Part shown: piece by piece, positions 9,064-18,930 of the stretch | Layout of the letters: each line of letters starts with the position of its first letter | Position numbering within the stretch: position 1 is the first letter of the stretch | Origin: a virus | Lineage: Duplodnaviria; Caudoviricetes | Virus record (IMG/VR): IMGVR_UViG_3300010397_000015 | Location: 1-52,654 of that record | Strand: one strand, 5' to 3' | DNA length: 52,654 nt | Translations under genes and position numbers: made by a program | Notes under the pieces: generated by a model | Database searches by the model: none | What the model was told of the DNA's origin: nothing | Seen by the model: the letters and a program-made list of their open reading frames with translations, nothing else

Positions 9064-9930
9064 TCAGCGAGCGCGGCCGATAACTCCCAGGAACTCCGTC
9101 ATCTTCCGTTGGAACGTGCCGTCGCGGAGGGCCTTCTTGGTCCCCCATCCGTCGGGGTTCGCGGTCGTCATTTCAGGAGTCCCGCCCGAGGTCGGGGCGA
9201 GGGGCATCTCTGCGGCACGCTGCTGTCTCGTGTCTCGAACCTGAGTGACCTGCGAGGTCAAGATCGCGGCCATTCGACCGTGAATCTCGCTCGCATGGTC
9301 GGCCACGGCCACATCCGGCTGACCGGCGTGCAGCCCCGCGATGGTGAGCTTCGCGAGTTCGCGTGCCTTCTTCCCGACCTCCGTACTCGTGTCTCGGAAG
9401 ATCGGGTAGGCGTCCAGGGCAGCTTCGATCTGACGATCGACCGACTCGACCTGTTGGGTCGCGGTCATGTTCGCCATCCTGGCTGCGAGTTCGCTGACTT
9501 GGCGCTCGAGACGCGAAGTAGTCGCGCTGGGAGCACCTTCGCCTCCGGACGGTAGGCCGGAATCACCATCATCCTGTGCGGAGTTTCCTGGCAGCTTCAC
9601 GCGCCGCCCCAGTTGCTTCTCCGCGAACTGTTGCATCTCCAGGATCGCACCCTCTGGATCCGTGGCGATCTTCGCCTTGATCCGTCGAGCGAGGTCCACG
9701 TCGGCCTTGTGCTCGGTCAGGATGCGGTTGGCATCCGCCAAGCGGTTCTCCGCAGCCGTCTGCGTCTGGTAGGACGCGCGCAGCTTGGAGAGGGGCTCCT
9801 GTCGCGGTTGCCGATCCACCACGACCTGAACCAGAGTGTCGTCGCTGATTGCCGGCGCGGGAGCAGGTTGGCTCGCCGCGACCGGAACTGTCGGGGCCGC
9901 AGTAGGCGTCCCGTTCGGTTGGTCAACCAT
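9064..9930 (-). CDS. Capsid scaffolding protein
   Basis: 288 aa, helical; VQVVVDRQPRQEPLSKLRASYQ matches the scaffold VkVdG..v.l.eL..gYQ pattern. Confidence 0.7.
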   Translation of the reverse strand: MVDQPNGTPTAAPTVPVAASQPAPAPAISDDTLVQVVVDRQPRQEPLSKLRASYQTQTAAENRLADANRILTEHKADVDLARRIKAKIATDPEGAILEMQQFAEKQLGRRVKLPGNSAQDDGDSGLPSGGEGAPSATTSRLERQVSELAARMANMTATQQVESVDRQIEAALDAYPIFRDTSTEVGKKARELAKLTIAGLHAGQPDVAVADHASEIHGRMAAILTSQVTQVRDTRQQRAAEMPLAPTSGGTPEMTTANPDGWGTKKALRDGTFQRKMTEFLGVIGRAR

Positions 9931-10648
9931 TGGTCAGCACTCCTTCCTGGCGAGCCTTCGCGAGTTTGGCCTCGTTCTCGGCTCTCCAGAGATTCGACGA
10001 TTCGGTCGGAAGGTCGAAGGCGCGGGTCATGCCCTCGATCTTCAGCCGCTTCAGATCACGCGGCTGTTTCCAGATCCACCGTTTGTCGGGGATCCAGAGT
10101 CCGCGGTGCGGGTCCTGCCACTCGTAGTGCAGGCGCGCACCTTCGATGTTCATCATCAGGCAGACCTGGCAGAGAATCTCCTGACCGCGCCAGACGGTGT
10201 TGGCGTCCTTCTTGTAGCGCGCGTACCAGTCGTCATCGCCGACGACCGACCCGGGCCGCTTCGTGAAGTAGACGCCGTGCGGAGGAGCCGGCCGGCCACC
10301 GACCATGTGGATCGGCGTGCGGCACTTCAGGAAATAGATGTAAGTCGCGGAGTCGGCTTCGTCGCGCTCGGAGCGGATCTTTTCCTCAGCCAGGCGGTTG
10401 TTCTCGAACTCCGAGGCCGCGTCCCACGCATCTTGTTCGTTCACCCCTTCGATTGGAATCAGGGCGACGGCGTAGGCGTCTCCCTTGCCGGGCTCCTTCG
10501 CCCTCGTGATGGCCGCCCGCGTCGACGCCGCTTCTCGGATTGCGTCAGCCGCGGCGTTCACAAGCTCTGGACCCCTGATATCAGGGGCGTCGAGGAGCTC
10601 TTTCTTTCTCAGCTCATTCTCTTCCTTGGTCAGATCCTTCGCAGGCAT
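9923..10648 (-). CDS. Hypothetical protein of the head module
   Basis: GAAGGAG RBS before ATG 10648; 241 aa. Confidence 0.65.
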   Translation of the reverse strand: MPAKDLTKEENELRKKELLDAPDIRGPELVNAAADAIREAASTRAAITRAKEPGKGDAYAVALIPIEGVNEQDAWDAASEFENNRLAEEKIRSERDEADSATYIYFLKCRTPIHMVGGRPAPPHGVYFTKRPGSVVGDDDWYARYKKDANTVWRGQEILCQVCLMMNIEGARLHYEWQDPHRGLWIPDKRWIWKQPRDLKRLKIEGMTRAFDLPTESSNLWRAENEAKLAKARQEGVLTNG

Positions 10649-10650
10649 CG

Positions 10651-11073
10651 TCACTCCTTCTCCGGCGCAGTAGGGCCGGCTAAATGCTTCGATCTCGACT
10701 TCCACGCAGCCTGGTACGCCGCGCTGCACGCCCTGTGCGTGTGTATCGACGGCCTTGTGGCGCTGTGCCACATTGACTCCCGAGGACCATTCTGCTTGCA
10801 GAGTCCACACTTGGTCCAGTCGGCGTGTCCAGATGCCCTGAGGGCGTCCCCCCTCATGTGGAGCAGTCTGTGAAATGCGCGGTCCTCGCAGATCACCAGA
10901 TTCGACGGCCGGTTGTCCGACCTGTCTCCGTTGACGTGGTGGACCTCAACACCCTTTGGGATAGGACGCTGAAGCGCTCGGCTCGCAAGGAGTACGTGTT
11001 CGGCGATTCTTCCAGCGCAGTTTGCGTTTGGATGGCCCTTCGCTAGAACGCTCACGTATTCTCCGCTCATCAC
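10651..11073 (-). CDS. HNH endonuclease
   Basis: EHVLLASRALQRPIPKGVEVHHVNGDRSDNRPSNLVIC; overlaps the portal stop. Confidence 0.88.
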   Translation of the reverse strand: MMSGEYVSVLAKGHPNANCAGRIAEHVLLASRALQRPIPKGVEVHHVNGDRSDNRPSNLVICEDRAFHRLLHMRGDALRASGHADWTKCGLCKQNGPRESMWHSATRPSIHTHRACSAAYQAAWKSRSKHLAGPTAPEKE

Positions 11074-13109
11074 GATGCGGGCTGGCTCGCCCTACCCTTT
11101 TGGCCCGGAGACCCTTGCGTCATGGCGGCCATCTGTAGCTGTTGAAGCTGCTCTTGCATCAGAGCCTTCTTGTGCAGCGCCCCGTGCGCGACGATGATCG
11201 CCTTGGTCATGGGATCCAAGTCCCTGAATTGCTGACTGTAAGCGAAGTCGCGCACCACCGCGTACTCCTGCGCATGATCCTCCCAATCCATGATCGGATA
11301 CCCGCCCTGCGCGTACTTCGCCGGATCGGCCATCATCTGCCGGATCTCGTTCTCCTGATTCTTCCGCGCCTTGAGCTTCGAGTTGATGAGGATCCCGTCG
11401 TCGTTGAAGTGCAGCGACGCCAGCACCAGTTCGCGGTCCTCCGGGTTCTCCACCGGGTTGACCGCGCCGATCTGGATCGCGTCCATCATCTCCTGCCGCT
11501 TGCCCGCGCTCGTCTCCATCTGTCCCGGCTCGCCGACGATGATGAGGTCGTTCGTGAGGTCCGCGCCGTGGAAGTCAATCCACTCGAAGGCTCCGTCGCG
11601 TCCGAGGAACCGAGCCGTGCGCTTCTCCGTGTAGAAGAGCTGGCCGAGTGCGAGCGCCGCGCGTCCGACATCCCGCGTCGAGCGAACCGCCTCGCGTGAA
11701 GTGACGGTCAGGGCCAGGTCGCGCATCTGCGTCATCTCCTGGATCGCGGCACCCGAGCGCATCTGTCCGGGCAGCTTCGTGCCGTCGACATCCGACTGGC
11801 TCGCGACGGCCAGGAGATCCTGCTGGCAGATCATCCCGATGTTCGTGACTTCGGGCGGGAGAACCGGAGCCGCTCCGTACACCGGAGGCCGCGACATCGG
11901 GCTGATCTCGTAGACCCCGCCCGGCGCGATCGTCATGTTCTTCACGTCGAGGCCGCTGTTCGAGTCGATGTAGGTCGGCGGTCGACCGAACACGCGCAGG
12001 AACTCGAGCACGCACGAGCGCGACTCGTTCAGGTTGTTCTGGGGACTCGTCAGATCCTCCACGAGCGAGGATCCCCAGAAGCGGCCCGGATGCGGCGTCC
12101 AATCCTGCTTCACGACGGGCAGGTGCGACGCCGCGCTCAGATCGCCGACGTGGGGGTTGTTCCCGTCGACCACGACGCGCCCGCCGCAGGACACGACGCG
12201 CCGGCCCTTGGGGTACTCGCTCGACGGTCGCTGCCAGAGCTCGACGTGCAAAGCCCGTTCGTTTCGCTTGTCCTCGGGCGTGTACCACGAGAAGGGCGAT
12301 CCGCCGTTGGACTGGCCGAAGAACGCGATGGCCTCCTCGTAGTTCTGCAGACCGATGCCCGCCTCGCTCGTCTGGATGTCCTCGATGTCGAGGTTGTAGC
12401 GGTCGGCCAGCACCGAGCGGTCCATGTAGTGCTTGAATCCGATCCACTGGCATCCGTCGATCGACTTGTCTCGGCTCGTCCAGTCGTGGTAGACGGCGAA
12501 CGGGTTCTCGACGGTGATCCGCACGTCGCCCGCGGAGATGTCTTGGAAGAGCCCCTCGCGGTCCTTCTCGCGCATGTCCGCGTCGGACAGAATGATCTCG
12601 GGCACGACGTTCTTCGTCTGCTTCGAGTCGAGGTAGAACCGATCCGGTTGGCCGGCGAGCGGATCGAACGCGATTCGGTAGAACCCGCTCCCGCAGATCG
12701 CCGACCATTCCGTGCAGAGCAGGTGCAGTCGGTAGTCCCAGTCGTTGAGCTGCCGAATGTGATCGAACACCTTCTCGCTGGTCTCCGCGATGTTACGGTG
12801 GCGCATCGAGGGCGTCTTCGGGACGGCCTTGAAGCGCGCGTTCACGTTGCAAACCTTCGCAACCGCGCGAATCACGGCGCTGCGAGTGAGGTTGACCTGG
12901 TAGATGACCTTGTGCTCGGGGATGTCGCCGCTCGCGTCCCACACTCGCCCGTCCGCGATGTAGAAGCACTGTTGGCCCGAGAAGTAGGCCATGTTCTTGA
13001 TCCAGCCTTCTTCCATCCGCATCCGCTCCATGCGGATCCCGTTGGGGTCGATCCGCTTCTGGAGCATCTCCAGCGTCGCGGACTCGCGGGTGGAGGGCGG
13101 CTTGCGCAT
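11070..13109 (-). CDS. Portal protein
   Basis: 679 aa between terminase and scaffold; PGRFWGSSLVEDLTSPQNNLN and RSGAAI motifs; Gln-rich tail. Confidence 0.85.
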   Translation of the reverse strand: MRKPPSTRESATLEMLQKRIDPNGIRMERMRMEEGWIKNMAYFSGQQCFYIADGRVWDASGDIPEHKVIYQVNLTRSAVIRAVAKVCNVNARFKAVPKTPSMRHRNIAETSEKVFDHIRQLNDWDYRLHLLCTEWSAICGSGFYRIAFDPLAGQPDRFYLDSKQTKNVVPEIILSDADMREKDREGLFQDISAGDVRITVENPFAVYHDWTSRDKSIDGCQWIGFKHYMDRSVLADRYNLDIEDIQTSEAGIGLQNYEEAIAFFGQSNGGSPFSWYTPEDKRNERALHVELWQRPSSEYPKGRRVVSCGGRVVVDGNNPHVGDLSAASHLPVVKQDWTPHPGRFWGSSLVEDLTSPQNNLNESRSCVLEFLRVFGRPPTYIDSNSGLDVKNMTIAPGGVYEISPMSRPPVYGAAPVLPPEVTNIGMICQQDLLAVASQSDVDGTKLPGQMRSGAAIQEMTQMRDLALTVTSREAVRSTRDVGRAALALGQLFYTEKRTARFLGRDGAFEWIDFHGADLTNDLIIVGEPGQMETSAGKRQEMMDAIQIGAVNPVENPEDRELVLASLHFNDDGILINSKLKARKNQENEIRQMMADPAKYAQGGYPIMDWEDHAQEYAVVRDFAYSQQFRDLDPMTKAIIVAHGALHKKALMQEQLQQLQMAAMTQGSPGQKGRASQPAS

Positions 13110-13387
13110 CAGGCTTCGCAGTCCTCGGGCACCGGATCGACGCCAGCCTCGGGCGAGAAGAGGTCGCTAGCAAGCGTTCCGGCCTCAGTGATGTGCAGCA
13201 CGCCACCGTTGCCGTCGGACGACTTCTCCAGGATCGTGGCCCAGCCGCGCTCGACCAACTCCTCACGGATCTGCGTCGGGATGTAGAACGTGCCGCTAGC
13301 CTCTTCGTCGTCGTAGCGCGTCGCACCGTTCAGGTTCAGCCGGAAGGCGCACAGCCACGTCAGCAGGATGTCGTCGCGGATCTTCAC
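13109..13387 (-). CDS. Small hypothetical protein (possible winged helix)
   Basis: GTG 13387 overlaps the upstream TGA; EELVERGW...LHITEAG pattern. Confidence 0.5.
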   Translation of the reverse strand: MKIRDDILLTWLCAFRLNLNGATRYDDEEASGTFYIPTQIREELVERGWATILEKSSDGNGGVLHITEAGTLASDLFSPEAGVDPVPEDCEA

Positions 13388-13677
13388 TGGGCTCGCCGCA
13401 TCGGGAACTTCGGTCCCTGTCCCGCCTCGGCCTGGAGCTTGTCCCGCTGCGCGTCGGTCGACTCCATCATCCCGGCCATCGACTGTGCCTGCGGGTTGCC
13501 CGACAGCGCCATGATGCACTTCATCTGGTCGCGGCTCTGCGTCTCCATCCGCGCCACGAGCTTCCATCCGAGCAGCCCCGCCCCGACCGCGCAGATCAGC
13601 ATCGACAGCACCGGGATCGCGCAGCAGAAGAAGAGCACGAGGATCGTCGCCCACTCGAATCCGCTCAGGTTGCTCAT
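13384..13677 (-). CDS. Small membrane protein
   Basis: ATGA-coupled start; hydrophobic N-terminus WATILVLFFCCAIPVLSMLICAVGAGLLGW. Confidence 0.6.
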   Translation of the reverse strand: MSNLSGFEWATILVLFFCCAIPVLSMLICAVGAGLLGWKLVARMETQSRDQMKCIMALSGNPQAQSMAGMMESTDAQRDKLQAEAGQGPKFPMRRAQ

Positions 13678-14411
13678 GCTCGCCTCTGGAACCTCCGTCG
13701 CGTCCCTTCCTGGTTTCGCTGCATCGCCCAGTACCGCTCCGATTCGTTCGAGGGCCGGGGCTTCTCGGTCCGAAGCTGGCCGGCGACCCATGCCGTGTCG
13801 CGCGTCATCAGAGCAACCCCGTAGGCCATTACAAGGTCGTCGTGGTCGTCCGAGACCATCTTGGGAGCCCCGATCCGGCCCATGCCTGTCTTCGGCTTGT
13901 CCCACCTCTGGGCGCGCAGTTCTTCGATCAGTTCCGTCGCCGGAATGTCGCAACCGTCGTCGAGAGCTAGCTTTAGCCTGTCCAGAAGTTGCGGCTTCGT
14001 AATCGAGTTGGTGTGGAAGCCGAGGTCGTCAGTCGTGTCCCGGCTCGCCCGGTTGTACATCCGATTCCGGAATAGGTTCTGGTAGCCGGTTGCGACCGCT
14101 GCGTGCGCCGCGCTCAAGCCGTGCGCGCTCGGGAACGTCTCGAAGCTCAGGAGCGCCGTCCCGAAGTACCAGCCCAGTCGCGCGCAGCACTTCCCCCATG
14201 GAATCGCCGGGGTGTGGTCTCGCCACGTTGCGACGACGGCACAGGTTTCGGCGTCGATGACGACCGCCGCCGCGAAGTCGCCGTCCGGTCCGCCGCCGGA
14301 AGCGTCCGCGCCGATGACATAGGCGCGGCCCTGTTGCGGCTGGGTCCAGATCCGCAGCTTGCCGTCACGCGAGGGCGACAGGCGGTAGCGGTTGGGCTCC
14401 TGGAGCGGCAC
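13674..14411 (-). CDS. terL: Terminase large subunit, RNase H-like nuclease domain (separate ORF)
   Basis: YVIGADASGG..DFAAAVVID and HDDLVMAYGVAL motifs. Confidence 0.85.
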   Translation of the reverse strand: MPLQEPNRYRLSPSRDGKLRIWTQPQQGRAYVIGADASGGGPDGDFAAAVVIDAETCAVVATWRDHTPAIPWGKCCARLGWYFGTALLSFETFPSAHGLSAAHAAVATGYQNLFRNRMYNRASRDTTDDLGFHTNSITKPQLLDRLKLALDDGCDIPATELIEELRAQRWDKPKTGMGRIGAPKMVSDDHDDLVMAYGVALMTRDTAWVAGQLRTEKPRPSNESERYWAMQRNQEGTRRRFQRRA

Positions 14412-14425
14412 GGGCTCCGATGCTG

Positions 14426-15646
14426 CTACTGCGCCGACGCTCCGTCAAGCGAGGATGCCGCGGGCTCCTCAAGGGCGCCCGACCAGACCGGCTCGGATGC
14501 CCTTCTCGCGTACCTCTCCAGAATGTCCGGGGAGAACACGCGATTCCCGGTCGACATGAAGGCAACGCTCGGGCGCGACGGGTACTCCTGATTGAAAAGA
14601 TTCACGTCGTTGTGGATCTCTGGGTCGGCAATTTTCGCGCGACGCCAGGCCAGTTGATCGTATCCGACGTTGCGCCACCCGACTCCGCGCTCGAAGTACC
14701 GCTGTGTCAGGAGCCATCTCTCCTCGTCATCGAGCGTCGCCTCGATCTCAGCAATCATCGCGGCGCTTGGTTGCTGCCCGCCGCCGTAGGTTTTGGAATA
14801 GAAATACTCCTCGTGTTGTTGCCACGCGAAGAACTCCGACGCCCACTGAAACGTCCTCGACCGAAGCGGAACGTCCTTCTCGGCCCATCCCGCCCACCAG
14901 TTGTCGCGGAACAGGCCAACGTCTCCGTTCGCGGTCGACTCGTCGAAGCCGTAGGTCCACGGCTCGCTCGGTAGCGAAGCGAGGATCGACGGGTACTTGA
15001 GTTCGGCCTCGACGAAGTGCGCGGACTCCGACAGGTGAACGAACCCGCGAGTGCCGCCCATCCCGGGTCGATCGACTTCGGACGAGGTGATCTCGATCAG
15101 TCCGTCGATCGGAGCCGCCCACGCAAGCTGGTATTTGGCCTTGGACGACATCTTGAAGTCGAAAAAGTCGTCCTCGGCCGTGGTCTTCGGCATCTTCCGC
15201 CGCGCCGTGTTCGCGATGCGGAGGAGAAGTTCGGAGCGGTCCTTCGTGTCCGCGCAGATCAGACCGCGCTTGTTCTTGCCGCGGAGGATCGTCTCGAACA
15301 TCACCGCCTGGATGTAGGTCGAGAAGCCCAATTGCCTCGCCTTAAGTATGCCGATGCGAACCGGAATCCCCGCTCGTTCCGCACGCAGGATCATCGCCTC
15401 CAGTCTCCGCTGCGCGCGATTCAGCACGAGCGGTCGAAGGTTGCCCTTCTTGTCGACGATCGTGAAGTACGTCTCGATCCAGCGTCGACGCGAGAGCTTC
15501 CGGCCCGACTCGTCGCTGTAGAGACCCGTCTCGCGGTTGAACAGGCCCGAGAAGTAGTAATTCTGCGCGAGCTGCTTGTCCTCGCCCGCCTTCGTGTTCG
15601 CGTCGAGCGAGACTCGGCCGACTTCCTCTGCGGTCGGCTCAGACAC
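14426..15646 (-). CDS. terL: Terminase large subunit, ATPase domain (separate ORF)
   Basis: LNRAQ, ILKARQLGFST (Walker A), VHLSESAHF (Walker B), ESTANG, FNQEYP. Confidence 0.9.
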   Translation of the reverse strand: MSEPTAEEVGRVSLDANTKAGEDKQLAQNYYFSGLFNRETGLYSDESGRKLSRRRWIETYFTIVDKKGNLRPLVLNRAQRRLEAMILRAERAGIPVRIGILKARQLGFSTYIQAVMFETILRGKNKRGLICADTKDRSELLLRIANTARRKMPKTTAEDDFFDFKMSSKAKYQLAWAAPIDGLIEITSSEVDRPGMGGTRGFVHLSESAHFVEAELKYPSILASLPSEPWTYGFDESTANGDVGLFRDNWWAGWAEKDVPLRSRTFQWASEFFAWQQHEEYFYSKTYGGGQQPSAAMIAEIEATLDDEERWLLTQRYFERGVGWRNVGYDQLAWRRAKIADPEIHNDVNLFNQEYPSRPSVAFMSTGNRVFSPDILERYARRASEPVWSGALEEPAASSLDGASAQ

Positions 15647-15914
15647 TTTCCATCCACCGCTTCACGGTAGGAGTGCTGACGCCGAGCTTGCGCGCGATCT
15701 CGAGCGGAGTCTTCCCGGCCCGGTTCATCTTCACGGCGACCGGAGCGAGCTTCTCGCGCCGATCGTGGAGGCTCTCCAGGAAGTTCCCGCCCTGTCGGTG
15801 ACGCGACGCGCATCGGTTACAGCCGATTCGAGACTTGCCCTTGTAGAGCACGCGCGTCTTGGGTTCTGCTCCACAGGCGAAGCACTTGCCGCGGATGGGC
15901 TTGGTCTTGGTCAT
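15639..15914 (-). CDS. Zn-ribbon + HTH protein (terminase small subunit candidate)
   Basis: CFAC..CNRC plus TPLEIARKLGVSTPTVKRW; immediately upstream of terL. Confidence 0.55.
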   Translation of the reverse strand: MTKTKPIRGKCFACGAEPKTRVLYKGKSRIGCNRCASRHRQGGNFLESLHDRREKLAPVAVKMNRAGKTPLEIARKLGVSTPTVKRWMESV

Positions 15915-17557
15915 GGGCTGATTTGCATCTGCGCGACGATCCCAGCGTCCTTGCGCATGTCCGTGATGGCTTCGATGAACAGAGCCGCCTGAATCCACTT
16001 CTGGCGGTTCGCGGGATCCATCTTCGCGGCGAGAGCGCAGCCTGCGTGCGAGTGCGTCGAGTCTCCCGTATTCCCCTTGCCGCCGTCGATCGTAGGACGC
16101 GGAGCTCCGCCGCGGTTCGCGACCCAAGCGTACTGAGGTGGGCCATGATTTCCGTAGTACGGCAGCATCGGCGCTTCGATGTAGAGCGCGTCCGCCCAGC
16201 GCAGCGGGTTCGCGATCGGACGGTTCCCCTGGATTCCGCACCCGATCGCTCCGTGCTTCTCAATCGGCACCTCGAAGGCGTGTGCGAGGTCGTAGGTCGG
16301 GTCGTACCAGACATCGTTCGGGTTCGGCTGACGCCAGCAGCGCGAGAGGATCCCGTTCGGCATCGAGCCGGTCTCGGAGAACTCCGCGTACATCCGGCAC
16401 CAGTTGACGTTTTCGGTCGCACCGGCTCGCTTCACGCTCTGCGCGATCAGGTACGCCGTCCACCCGAACTGCCGGCCCGTGTCCATGCCCATGAACCCGG
16501 TGTGCGGGGCGGCGGCGACCACGGCGAGGTTGTGCCGCAGCGACGGAGGCACGTAGTTCGGGTTCGTGACGTGCGGCCCGATGTCGGAGAGCTGCAAGCG
16601 CATCTGCGCGGCCACGCTCCGCAGCATCCGCTTCACCGCGGGCGAGTCCGTCATCTCCGAGAGCGGGATCAGGTCGCTCCACCCGCGAACCGAGTGGCCC
16701 GCGTCGTAGGGCATGAGGAGCGGATCGGGATGCTGCGCGACGCCGATGAACTCGGGCAGCCAGCCGTTGTTCGGATCGCCCGTCCCTTGCTGGTACATCG
16801 GACCCGGATCGCCGTAGAACTCGGCGGTGACGATCGCTCCGGTGTTTCGATCGTATGCGTGCCACCAACGCTCGTGCCCGCAGCACGCCTTGATCCAGTG
16901 GTACGCGGGCGATAGCGGCGCGTTCTCCCAGCCGTAGTAGAAGAAGACGTTCGACCCGCCCTCGGCTCCGCGGTTGGTGATCCCGTCTGGAGTCCACCCG
17001 TCGCGCGGAACGAAGATCCCCTCCTGTGAATCCTCGACCTGCCCGATCGCGCCCGGAACGGAGAGGATCTGCTGGTAGCGAGCGAGCCATCCCGCGATCT
17101 TCGACGCTTCCTGCGCGGCCTGAGTCGCCGTGAGGTTCGGCAGCGGCAGGTTGCACGGACCGTAGGCAGCTCGACCGCGGCGCCACCGAGTCGTGAAGTA
17201 CGGCATCTTCGCTTCGCGTTGCGCTTCCGCGGCTAGGTCGGGCCGATTGCTCGGGTACATCGCGACGCGGCGAATCGACTCGTGCATCGGGTACCAGACG
17301 CTCGGAAGTGCCCGGTAGCAGTCGTACACCATCGTCCAGCCGGTCGGCGGCTCGATCGTCACGGTGCAGGGGAACGCGCCTCGGGCCTTCTGTCCGCGCA
17401 CGATCCCGGCGTTGTGCAGTCCGACCTCGTGGACGACGACACCCGATGCGGTGCTCTTCGTCGCAGTCCAGCGATCCGGCTCGTTCGTTCCGCCGACGAT
17501 GATCGGCGTCTCGGACCAGGGAGCGCCGGCGGCGATGGTGGTGGGGACGTGGATCAC
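15911..17557 (-). CDS. Large hypothetical protein (548 aa)
   Basis: Long ORF coupled at both ends; rich in W/Y/G/P/H; no motif recognised. Confidence 0.75.
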   Translation of the reverse strand: MIHVPTTIAAGAPWSETPIIVGGTNEPDRWTATKSTASGVVVHEVGLHNAGIVRGQKARGAFPCTVTIEPPTGWTMVYDCYRALPSVWYPMHESIRRVAMYPSNRPDLAAEAQREAKMPYFTTRWRRGRAAYGPCNLPLPNLTATQAAQEASKIAGWLARYQQILSVPGAIGQVEDSQEGIFVPRDGWTPDGITNRGAEGGSNVFFYYGWENAPLSPAYHWIKACCGHERWWHAYDRNTGAIVTAEFYGDPGPMYQQGTGDPNNGWLPEFIGVAQHPDPLLMPYDAGHSVRGWSDLIPLSEMTDSPAVKRMLRSVAAQMRLQLSDIGPHVTNPNYVPPSLRHNLAVVAAAPHTGFMGMDTGRQFGWTAYLIAQSVKRAGATENVNWCRMYAEFSETGSMPNGILSRCWRQPNPNDVWYDPTYDLAHAFEVPIEKHGAIGCGIQGNRPIANPLRWADALYIEAPMLPYYGNHGPPQYAWVANRGGAPRPTIDGGKGNTGDSTHSHAGCALAAKMDPANRQKWIQAALFIEAITDMRKDAGIVAQMQISP

Positions 17558-17739
17558 GACACGATCTCTATGCGGCCCGCTGCGGCCATCGACCAGAACC
17601 TTTTCGCGACCTTCACGGCGTCGATCTTGCGCGAGTACATCTGCTTGGTTGAGGACCAGAGGATCTTCTTCCCAGCGTAGATCGTCGAGGTCCAGAACTT
17701 CCCGGTCTTGTGGATCACGATGCGATGCGTCGGCTTCAT
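17554..17739 (-). CDS. Small basic hypothetical protein
   Basis: TAGGAG RBS before ATG 17739; 61 aa. Confidence 0.55.
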   Translation of the reverse strand: MKPTHRIVIHKTGKFWTSTIYAGKKILWSSTKQMYSRKIDAVKVAKRFWSMAAAGRIEIVS

Positions 17740-17746
17740 GGGGCTC

Positions 17747-18031
17747 CTACGCTGCACTCGGCGTAGGCGGGAACGGAATGTCCATCTGCCCAGCGATCCG
17801 AGCGATCTCCTCGTCGAGCCGCTGCGCCGCGTGCCCGCACCACGCCGCGAGGTCACCCGACTCGTCCCGCTCGACGGCGCGCAGGATCCGCATCGCGCGT
17901 TGGAGCTTTCCGGCGAGACCACCGGCTGCCACCGCGACGCGGCGAGAGTGCGCGCCTTTCATCGCGGCGAGCTTCTTTTCCTGGAGGGCGATGCGCTGTT
18001 CGAGGGTGAGGATTGTTCGTGCCATGCCCAC
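17747..18031 (-). CDS. Hypothetical coiled-coil protein
   Basis: ~94-aa helical ORF heading the minus-strand run. Confidence 0.55.
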   Translation of the reverse strand: MGMARTILTLEQRIALQEKKLAAMKGAHSRRVAVAAGGLAGKLQRAMRILRAVERDESGDLAAWCGHAAQRLDEEIARIAGQMDIPFPPTPSAA

Positions 18032-18102
18032 GGTGTAGACACCCTCTACCCTACAGTCCAGAGGAATCTGGAGAATCCCGAAGGTGGGAATCGCTGGGCT
18101 GG

Positions 18103-18138
18103 CTACTTGACTCCGGGTAGTGCGGTTGGGTCAAGTAG
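18103..18138. promoter_or_regulatory. Operator-like inverted repeat in a divergent intergenic region
   Basis: CTACTTGAC-N18-GTCAAGTAG with perfect 9-bp arms. Confidence 0.5.
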
Positions 18139-18200
18139 GGACGGCCTCGGGGGGGACGATCCCCCGGGCGCCACCCGGTACGCAGGAGACTTCACCTCCC

Positions 18201-18605
18201 ATGCCCGAGTCAGACACGACCGTAGGAGAATCAGCCCGGCTTCGCAAGCTCGGGCTGAGAATCAAGGGCCGCAGCTACTCCGACCGGAACCGGATGCTCC
18301 TGGAGATGGGGTTCGCGTCCTACGCGGCCTATCTGCGCAGCCAGCTCTGGGCGAGCATCCGCCGCAGGGTCTACGAGATCAAAGGCGGGTGGTGCTACCT
18401 GTGCGGCCGTCAAGCAACGGAACTGCACCACAACCGCTACCACCTTGCCGACCTGGAAGGACGACGCCTCAGGTACATCAGCCCTATCTGCCGAGGCTGC
18501 CACCACGGCATCGAGTTCGACGGACACAGGAAACTCGGAGTTCGCGAGGCGTCCAAGAGATTCAGAATGCGGCGTTCCGCCGGCCGTTCCGCCAAGCCCC
18601 CGTAG
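18201..18605 (+). CDS. HNH endonuclease (CxxC-H...CxxCH type)
   Basis: AGGAG RBS; YAAYLRSQLWASIRRRV, CYLCG, ELHH, ICRGCH. Confidence 0.8.
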   Translation: MPESDTTVGESARLRKLGLRIKGRSYSDRNRMLLEMGFASYAAYLRSQLWASIRRRVYEIKGGWCYLCGRQATELHHNRYHLADLEGRRLRYISPICRGCHHGIEFDGHRKLGVREASKRFRMRRSAGRSAKPP

Positions 18606-18930
18606 GCTCAAAATCGCGAGGGGCAAGGCCACCCGATGCCCCCGAAACAACCTTGGGTGACAGGGCCAGCCGGAAGGCCAGGGATCGAAGGTCGGAAGCG
18701 TGAGAACGTGGGAGTGGTCACGAGGCCGCTCGGGTGGCCCGACTCGAAACAATCCACCCAGGGGTCCCCTTTCCTGTCTCCCGCCTGGGGAGGAGGGAGG
18801 GGTCTGGACCAGGAACTCCTGCCGCTTCTTGAGGGCGAGCCCCTAGGCGAAGCCCGCATCCGATTCCTGATCCAGAGCGAAGCGACCCCATGTACCCAAA
18901 CCCGAGGCGAAGCCGAAGGGACTGAACCCC

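Noticed and set aside
18636-18930. Replication initiator or origin in the 18.6-18.9 kb segment
   Set aside because: No iterons or protein motif; the ORF is low-complexity and unsupported
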